A stretch of DNA of 63,982 nt, counting the filler, from Octopus bimaculoides (Eukaryota), in NCBI RefSeq assembly GCF_001194135.2. It is 7 parts of 6 records of this genome, joined end to end, with 100 filler letters (N's around TTAATTAATTAA, not from the genome) between each part and the next. Parts side by side here need not be neighbours in the genome. Positions count along the whole stretch, not along the records: positions 54,883 to 58,718 come from NC_068986.1; positions 58,819 to 62,566 come from NC_068989.1; positions 62,667 to 63,982 come from NW_026411462.1; 4 more parts are not named here. One strand, 5' to 3'. The notes under the pieces are model-generated. The model was not told the origin of the DNA. It searched no databases and was given only the letters and a program-made list of their open reading frames with translations. The position numbers and the translations under genes are program-made. Position 1 is the first letter of the stretch. The number at the start of each line of letters is the position of its first letter. Below are positions 55,441-63,982 of this stretch, one piece after another.

Positions 55441-57145
55441 TCTATATCATGTCATACAAACTTTACAATGTCCGCAGGACATATATACAGTAGTTTTATA
55501 CACAGATGCATCTTTTATCTTTTACTTGTTTTAATCACTGGACCGCAGCTATGCTGGAGCTCCCGCCTTGAAGCATTCAGTCAAACAAATCGACCTGAGT
55601 ATTTATTTGTTTTAAAGTCTGCTACTTATTCTATTTACTCCTATTTGCCCCACGTACCGCGCAGTGAGACTGAACCCGAAACCACATGATTTCAAAGCGA
55701 GCTTCTTAACCGTACAGTCCTGAAAAAGTGTGCGGTTGAAGTTGGGGCAGTTAATCAATTGAATCGATCCCAGTACTTGAATGGTACTTTATTTTAATAA
55801 ACTTGGAGGAATGGAAGTAAAAATTGACCTCGGCTGGATTGGATCTTAAAATGGCAAAAAAAAAAAAAAACCCCTTACCATAAGGCGATTTCCTGAGGCT
55901 CTAACAATTCGGCCAATCCATCAACTTAAATATTTCTTTCTAACATAGGCACAAAATCTGAAATTTTGGTATAGAGGTGTTAGTCGATTACATCTACTCC
56001 AGTCTTCGATTTGTACTCTATGTAATACACTTCAGAATGATAAAAAGCAAAGTTTGACTCCAGCGATATTTGAACTTAAAACGCAGTGAACCCTAACTAG
56101 CTTTCATAAGGTATCTTGTCCAATGCACTAACAAATCTGCCAACCCACCAACCTTAGACGAATATATAAGTATTGTTTCTAAAATATAGGCATAAGACCT
56201 GAGAATTGGGGGAAGGAAGTTTAAATAGACCCCCACCACTGAAGTGCAACAAAATTTTATTCACCGCAGAAGAATGAAAGGCAAAGGCGCAGCCTTTAAC
56301 ATCAGATAGAGGATAGTTAATAAATCAAGACCTTATAAAATGGCAGCAACATGTGTAGGTTATGCACTGGCGAGAAAAGGTTACTACATTAAAAGCTTAT
56401 TACATCTAGCAATGTTGTTAAATATTAAATCTGAAGCATTCTATAAATTTAAACGCAGTTAAGTTCATCTTATGTAAATGGAAACAACCACGTTGTATTT
56501 AATATTGTATTAACCCATTAACTAATGCTAATATCATAATAGAAAATTAATAGTCTTCTCATGAGTAACAAATGACAGACTTGTAAACCAGCTAAGAAGT
56601 AACTAAGAGCCAATGAAGTGTAAGATTTGATTGCAAACGTGAAAAGTTTAAGTAACTTTCATGACTCCAGCTTCCAGATTGGTTACAGAAGTGCGACACC
56701 CTCCTGCCACCTCAGTATGTACTTACAAAAGGAAGTAATTTCAATGAACTCCATGACACATCACACATCACACATCATACAAAACAGAACGAGTGAATAG
56801 AAAAAACAATAGCAAACAATATATCTATCCTATACCGAATTTCTTAAACACGTAGCTGATTAACGATGAAAGCTACACTCACAACACATAAGGTTAAAAT
56901 AAACACAGAACATTCACATTAATCGCAAACAAAAATAAAATATTCCAAACTCCTTGCTTAGTGGTATATGTAGACAAAAATAATTCTTGGTTGTGATGTC
57001 AATAGCAATCATTCAGGCATTGTTTATTATAAAGCGATAGTAGCAGAGCCAGAAGATTTAAAAGCTTTGATGATGGATTTCGGAAATTTCAAGTAAATTA
57101 AAGAAATTCAAACCAGAGTATAAGAAAACACACACGTACACACAG

Positions 57146-57187
<42 letters not shown>

Positions 57188-57573
57188 TCGCGTAAATGAG
57201 TCAGCAGTCCAATAAATATTGCCATGTTTATGTCCAGGTCGATGCTGAAAATCATATCGGTTTAAAATTTTATCTTGTGATGGTGGATTAAATAGTATGA
57301 TATAATCTTTTAAGACAGCAATGAATAAATGTAATTTTAAAGAAGCAGTTATTGTAAATTTAAACACCATTTTGCTTACTTGTAATACATACGCCAAACC
57401 AAGGTCCAAACCTTGAGTTAGTTCTATGGTTAAACTGGAATTGGTATCTGCATATCTACAATATCGTACAAACACTTACATTCAATATTGTTTATTCCTA
57501 CGTCTGTTCTATGTTATTGTAGCTAGCCATTTCTGGCATCCTAAGAGTTGAAGTGCCTGGAAACCCTAGGCGC

Positions 57574-57653
57574 GGTGAGAGCCACTGATGAGCGTTAAGA
57601 TGAGTTAAGCATCGAAATGCGAAATCATCGATGATCTAGCTATATCTCCGACC
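57574..57653 (+). ncRNA. Type I hammerhead ribozyme motif with extended stem II
   Basis: AGCCA-CUGAUGA-GCGUU aa GAUG(aguuaag)CAUC ga AAUGC-GAA-AUCA(ucga)UGAU-C-UAGCU: canonical core, AUC site, one C/A mismatch in stem I. Confidence 0.75.
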
Positions 57654-57762
57654 ATAACAAGCTTGTCTCCCTTGTCATCTCATTAAGATACTGCTTTTAT
57701 GACAACTGAGTTGCTTTGACTCTTATTTCTAGCAATACTAGTGTTGATTAGTGACCTTGTTC

Positions 57763-57804
<42 letters not shown>

Positions 57805-58604
57805 AACAATATATAAGTATATGCATATATATGTACATGTATGTACATACACCTTCATCTACATGTACATATAGATACATATCTGTGTACATGACGTTGC
57901 AAAAAAACATAGACAAAATGTTAAACAAAGTGCAAAAAACAAGCAGGCCACATAGATAACATATCTTTCATCAGCTGCAACCATTAAAACACTGGCGTTT
58001 CGAAGAGTTAGGGCAGGACGCATCGTTAAAATGGCTCTTCCCACGAACACAAATTAATTTTTTTTCGTGGAGGATAGTAGCGGACGGAAAACAAGACAGG
58101 AAAACGAAACGGTGAAATAAACAAACAAAAAGGCTGTACAGCCAGACGTGGAGAAGTGTGTGTATATTGAACGCTGTGAAGCACAGACAGGAGAGGCGAA
58201 GAAGTGCGTCCGAAGCTTAGGTGGTCAGAGACCGAAAAGAAATGGCAACCGGACACATGTGACCAGCGAGGTATAGGGAGAAAGAGTAGCAGAGGGAGAA
58301 GAAGGGGAGGAAGTAGAATATAAGTTAGCAACGAGAGGTAGAGAGGGATAGAGATAGTAGTGACAGGGAGAGGCGAAGAACAGTAGAGGGAAGAATGAGA
58401 GGGGGAGATAGATATACATGCACACACATGCGTGCGCACACGTACGCACGCATACACACACAGACGCGCACACATAAATATGTATGTATGGATATACATG
58501 TATATATACATATAGGAGAATGTACGAAAAAACAGCAACAGACGAGGACAGGTGGTGTAAACAACAAAAGGATATATTAGTATGACGCTCGGGAATACGG
58601 AAAG

Positions 58605-58641
58605 TCTTTAACGTTTCGAGCTACGCTCTTCAACAGAAAGA
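58605..58641 (-). ncRNA. Minimal hammerhead-like motif (A6U variant, extra A)
   Basis: UCUUU-CUGUUGA-A-GAGC(gua)GCUC-GAA-ACGU-U-AAAGA. Palindromic stem III, as in minimal Penelope-type hammerheads. Confidence 0.5.
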
Positions 58642-59908
58642 ATACGGAGACAAGGAGAAAAACACGGAGAAACAAAATTGAATAGTGTTCGGTCAACGGT
58701 CAATCATAGCTATGGCTGNNNNNNNNNNNNNNNNNNNNNNNNNNNNNNNNNNNNNNNNNNNNTTAATTAATTAANNNNNNNNNNNNNNNNNNNNNNNNNN
58801 NNNNNNNNNNNNNNNNNNCCCCCTCCCAAAAAGAAAAGCTCTACATTGTATTTGTCCCATCTTCGTTGAGCCCTGTGTGGCTAATAAAAGAAATGTATCT
58901 ATCTATCTATTCATCCATACATCTACCTATCCATCTACCCACCGAAAACCCACGTACGTACCTACCTGCCTGCCTGCATACCTACCTACCTACCTACCTA
59001 CCTACCTTCCTATCCATCAATCCATCCATCCATCCATCCATCCATGCATCCATCCATTGAATACCATTGTATCACTATTGAGCAGATTATCAGATGTTTT
59101 TATACACCGTTGGTCACAATGTATTTCCCCGCATTGTTGCAGCTTTTAAATGATGTCATTCCGCCGGATAGGCAGGCAGGCAGGCAGGCTGGCAGGAAGA
59201 CCAATTTGTTTCTGAACATAATGCCAGCTCGTCGCAGGATGGCTCATTTACAGCTGAGGGCACTGGAGCAACGTGAGATGAAGTGTTTTGCTCAAGAACG
59301 CAACGCACCGACGGTCTGGGAATCGAAACCACGATGTTACGTGCAACAAAATCACTAGGCCACGCGCATTCACTGTATACATATAATGTAATGTATTATA
59401 TATATATATATTCAGAATTATTTTTTCGTGGTTTGGGTTTAACTGCCCTTTTTAGCATGTAAGAAGTCCTGTCAAGGGTCTTTTCTCCGTGTATAAAATT
59501 TTATAGACTCTTATAAAAATGCAATGTTTTATGACTTTTATTAAGCATTCGAACCACTGGTAATAAAGTATTTTAATTATTTGCTCTCATAATTTACACA
59601 GTAAAATTTTCCAATCCTGAGGCCATATGGTACACAGTTTAAATTTATTTACTGCTGGGCTATCTAACTATGCTAGCGCACTAATTTTGAATCCATGATG
59701 TATAACGATGGAGCTGTCTTGAGCACGTGTTTTCGGGACGTATTAAAGCTACGTAATTATGCATTCTTTAGCGATCCCACGTGTGCTAAATTAATTTATT
59801 TTGGTCATCAATAGCGAAACTTGAGTATGGGATTAACTGTTCTTTTTGGCATTTAAGAAGTCCTGTCAAGGGCCCGGTCTCTGCGTATGAATCTCTATAC
59901 ACTCATAT

Positions 59909-59975
<67 letters not shown>

Positions 59976-60989
59976 CATACGTACATATATATATATATAT
60001 NNNNNNNNNNNNNNNNNNNNNNNNNNNNNNNNNNNNNNNNNNNNNNNNNNNNNNNNNNNNNNNNNNNNNNNNNNNNNNNNNNNNNNNNNNNNNNNNNNNN
60101 NNNNNNNNNNNNNNNNNNNNNNNNNNNNNNNNNNNNNNNNNNNNNNNNNNNNNNNNNNNNNNNNNNNNNNNNNNNNNNNNNNNNNNNNNNNNNNNNNNNN
60201 NNNNNNNNNNNNNNNNNNNNNNNNNNNNNNNNNNNNNNNNNNNNNNNNNNNNNNNNNNNNNNNNNNNNNNNNNNNNNNNNNNNNNNNNNNNNNNNNNNNN
60301 NNNNNNNNNNNNNNNNNNNNNNNNNNNNNNNNNNNNNNNNNNNNNNNNNNNNNNNNNNNNNNNNNNNNNNNNNNNNNNNNNNNNNNNNNNNNNNNNNNNN
60401 NNNNNNNNNNNNNNNNNNNNNNNNNNNNNNNNNNNNNNNNNNNNNNNNNNNNNNNNNNNNNNNNNNNNNNNNNNNNNNNNNNNNNNNNNNNNNNNNNNNN
60501 NNNNNNNNNNNNNNNNNNNNNNNNNNNNNNNNNNNNNNNNNNNNNNNNNNNNNNNNNNNNNNNNNNNNNNNNNNNNNNNNNNNNNNNNNNNNNNNNNNNN
60601 NNNNNNNNNNNNNNNNNNNNNNNNNNNNNNNNNNNNNNNNNNNNNNNNNNNNNNNNNNNNNNNNNNNNNNNNNNNNNNNNNNNNNNNNNNNNNNNNNNNN
60701 NNNNNNNNNNNNNNNNNNNNNNNNNNNNNNNNNNNNNNNNNNNNNNNNNNNNNNNNNNNNNNNNNNNNNNNNNNNNNNNNNNNNNNNNNNNNNNNNNNNN
60801 NNNNNNNNNNNNNNNNNNNNNNNNNNNNNNNNNNNNNNNNNNNNNNNNNNNNNNNNNNNNNNNNNNNNNNNNNNNNNNNNNNNNNNNNNNNNNNNNNNNN
60901 NNNNNNNNNNNNNNNNNNNNNNNNNNNNNNNNNNNNNNNNNNNNNNNNNNNNNNNNNNNNNNNNNNNNNNNNNNNNNNNNNNNNNNNNN

Positions 60990-61026
<37 letters not shown>

Positions 61027-61691
61027 ATATATGCATAAATGTCTAATTATGTGTATACATATAATACGTAGTTACATACATACGCAAACACATACACACG
61101 CAATAATATATATTTGCATACATATAAACCCATATACATTTACATGCATACATAAAGACACACACCCTAATGTTGTTAATGTACAAAAACATGCTTTTAC
61201 ATAAATACATATAAATATTCATATTATGTATTCATATTTGTATGTACATAGTTTTGCAGCTGTTTGATAAAAACGATATTAAAAATAAAACAAGGATTTT
61301 GTTAATTAGATACGCTTGCCATATTAAAAAGAAAAAATACATAAAATGAATATAAAATAAAAGTGAATAGTGTAAATAAGTGAGGTAGAATCAAAATAAA
61401 ATATTAAAAGACAGCATCAAAGAGCAGAAAATGGACGCGAAAGAGGTCAGAGTTCTCCAATGGAAAGTCTGTGAGCCACTTGTCATGTCTGAAAAAGAAA
61501 ATAGGAGAAAAATTGAATTACTTGTTTATTACGGCATGTTATATTAGAATGATATAATATAACCAGTATAATAATTTTTGTCACGCCTGTCTGTCTGTCT
61601 GTCTGTCTGTCACATAACTTCCTGCTTGCTTCGCAACTCCCTTCTTTTTAAATCGCCCCTCTTTATTAGTACGTATGCGCACCCAGACATG

Positions 61692-61737
<46 letters not shown>

Positions 61738-61833
61738 GAAGCACATACACATTCTCAACGTAGAGGCCGCGTCTTTCCCGCAACCACTTCTCAATAAACT
61801 CTTCTCTCCCTTTGTATTGTATACTTACGTATG

Positions 61834-61867
<34 letters not shown>

Positions 61868-62192
61868 TGTATGCATGTATGTATGTATGTATGCATGTAT
61901 ATATTTATGTATGTATGTATGTATGTATGTATGTGCGTGCACGTATACACACAACTCTTCTTCCACTTTCTCCTTCTCTCTGTATATATATGAACACACC
62001 CCAGACCACCTACACATTTCTCATCATGATCTAAGCAAGCTTACTGCAAGATAGAAAGAAAATTATGAACTTCCGTTCTTCAAATTCCTCATAGGAAAAC
62101 TTAGGAATAGATACTCGTTCTTTGTTAAATTCTAATAAGTTATTTTCTTCACAATAATATCAATACCAATATCTGTGTGCCTACCTACCTAC

Positions 62193-62239
<47 letters not shown>

Positions 62240-62249
62240 GAAGCGTTCC

Positions 62250-62566
62250 GATGGTTAGGCGATCCGTTTGCTGCCAACACCCGTTAAAAGGAGGACTGGG
62301 CATGCCGTGGTTGATGATGCGCAGACACGCGCTGAGACTGCGACATCTCCGGCTCTACGTAGACAGCGGTGAACAGGTGTGGTCACCGTTTGTGCGGCGC
62401 GCTTTCCCGCAGCTCGTCTCCATGACCGAACTGCAGTCATGGATCAAGAAGAGGCCGAGGAAGGGCGAATGGCACCGCGAGTGTCGCGCTGCTCTTCGGC
62501 AACTCCAACAACCCGGGTCAACCTTGAGCGACTGCATCACAACTAACGCATTCTATAGTGGATTAG
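62250..62566 (+). mobile_element. Post-RT fragment of Tx1/L1-like LINE
   Basis: QHPLKGGLGMPWLMMRRHALRLRHL matches the P...GGLG.P motif following the L1/Tx1 RT. Truncated by a gap. Confidence 0.75.
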
Positions 62567-63559
62567 NNNNNNNNNNNNNNNNNNNNNNNNNNNNNNNNNN
62601 NNNNNNNNNNTTAATTAATTAANNNNNNNNNNNNNNNNNNNNNNNNNNNNNNNNNNNNNNNNNNNNTGTATGATGTACAAATTGATGCATAGATATTGAC
62701 ATAAAAAAAAAAAAGATATTGACATTCAGATACTTTGTCGTTCGTCTATTTCTCGGTTGACCTTCTAGAAATAGCAGCAAAGTTACCCTGAAAGCACACT
62801 TTATCGTCTTAAAAAAAGAAAATTATAAAAGGAAATATCCAATTGGATAATGTAACCCGAGATATACTATGCCTGAAAGTATTATGAAATAAATAAATAA
62901 ATAAATAAATAAAAACAAGATGGCTAGTGAGAGAAACGCCCTTCATCGGGTTCAAGGCTACAAAACAACAAAAACAACAGCAGCAGCAGTAACAGGAATA
63001 GCCTCAGCAACAGCAGCAGCAGCCATAATAACGCTTTCAAATTTTGACACAATGCCAGCAATTTCGTGGGAGAGGATAAATCGATTACATCGACTCCAGT
63101 GATCAACTGGTACTTATTTTATCGATCACTAACGGGAGAAAAGGAAAGTCGATCCCGGTGAAATTTGAACTCAGAGCGTGAAGACTAATGAAATGCTACG
63201 AACCATAACAGTAGTGAGGCTGAAAAATGCATCTGTATAGCGCTTTAAAAAAAAAATTTTTAGTCTTTTTCTCCTATTTAAATATTAACTTTATATAAAA
63301 TTAAATAAAACGTTTTTAGATTGATACATGCAGCCTCGTTCATCACTGATTAGGGATAACACGATACCTTTAATTGTGAAACATGTTAAGCTTATCACGG
63401 ATTGATCTGTGATAAAACGGGTCGGTGATCAGTCGAAGAATTTGCTTGTACTACAATAACGCACCTCATCGACCGCCCACAATGGTCGGCTGCCCAGAAT
63501 GCATTCACAATTGCTTGTGTTCACATGACTGAGGTGGTTTGTATTTTTTTGTACGGATT

Positions 63560-63760
63560 TACCTAGTCGTACCGGTCGAAATGGGAGTAGACGACAGAAG
63601 CGAAATAGAAGGGTTGCCGACACCTAACAAACAATGAAGACGTGTGTGTTATCCATTGGAAAATGGCAGAAACAATTAAGAAAAATATGTGAGGGTAGAA
63701 AATTCGGTGATGTGTGCCGCGAGATTGGTGTTAAGGAATCTACCATTGCTTAGACACAAA
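63560..63760 (+). mobile_element. pogo/Tigger-like transposase N-terminal HTH relic
   Basis: MKTCVLSIGKWQKQLRKICEGRKFGDVCREIGVKESTIA* (63634-63753) resembles the CENP-B-type N-terminal HTH. Confidence 0.5.
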
Positions 63761-63982
63761 GTGCACGATGACTCGTCTATCAAAATGATTTTCGTTTTAT
63801 AATCAGACATCCGTGATAAAAAGTGGATAGTCGTAATATGATAACCTACATAATATTAGTTTCAAATTTCGGTACAAGGCCAGCAAATTCAGAGATTAAC
63901 TGCTTAATATTATCAATAATAATAGCCACTGAAATGCAATTCAGTAAATTTTACAGAATATATATGCATCTCTCTCTCTCTC

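Noticed and set aside
57098-57475. Minus ORF (DTNSSLTIELTQGL) as MIF exon 1
   Set aside because: No initiating Met-Pro, no GKP motif and wrong spacing.
57960-58045. Minus-strand CTCTTC-GAAAC...CTGATGA as a type II hammerhead
   Set aside because: Stem I cannot form and stem II pairing is poor. It may still be a PLE-related remnant.

Overview
AT-rich, repeat-dense animal DNA with many N gaps, long microsatellites and abundant tRNA-derived SINEs. The repeat landscape resembles a coleoid cephalopod such as Octopus; this is inference only. Two convergent host genes are supported by spliced reading frames: a KCTD-type BTB/POZ gene on + (exons 30965-31153 and 34001-34661, start exon not located) and a macrophage migration inhibitory factor (MIF) family gene on - (exons 52104-51932 and 50887-50824, exon 1 not visible). 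Most of the rest is decayed mobile DNA: R4/Dong-like RLE LINEs (two head-to-tail), Tx1/L1-like LINE pieces, three Tc1/mariner relics, a pogo-like relic, Helentron/DINE-like elements and SINE arrays. The main unexplained signal is a set of hammerhead ribozyme motifs on both strands (2831-2878, 57574-57653, 58605-58641, and half-copies at 3162-3190 and 37411-37440). One sits in the loop of a fold-back element built from inverted and tandem repeats that lacks any ORF, suggesting a non-autonomous Penelope-like or retrozyme-like family. Mobile-element boundaries are approximate, all analysis was by eye, and no searches were run.
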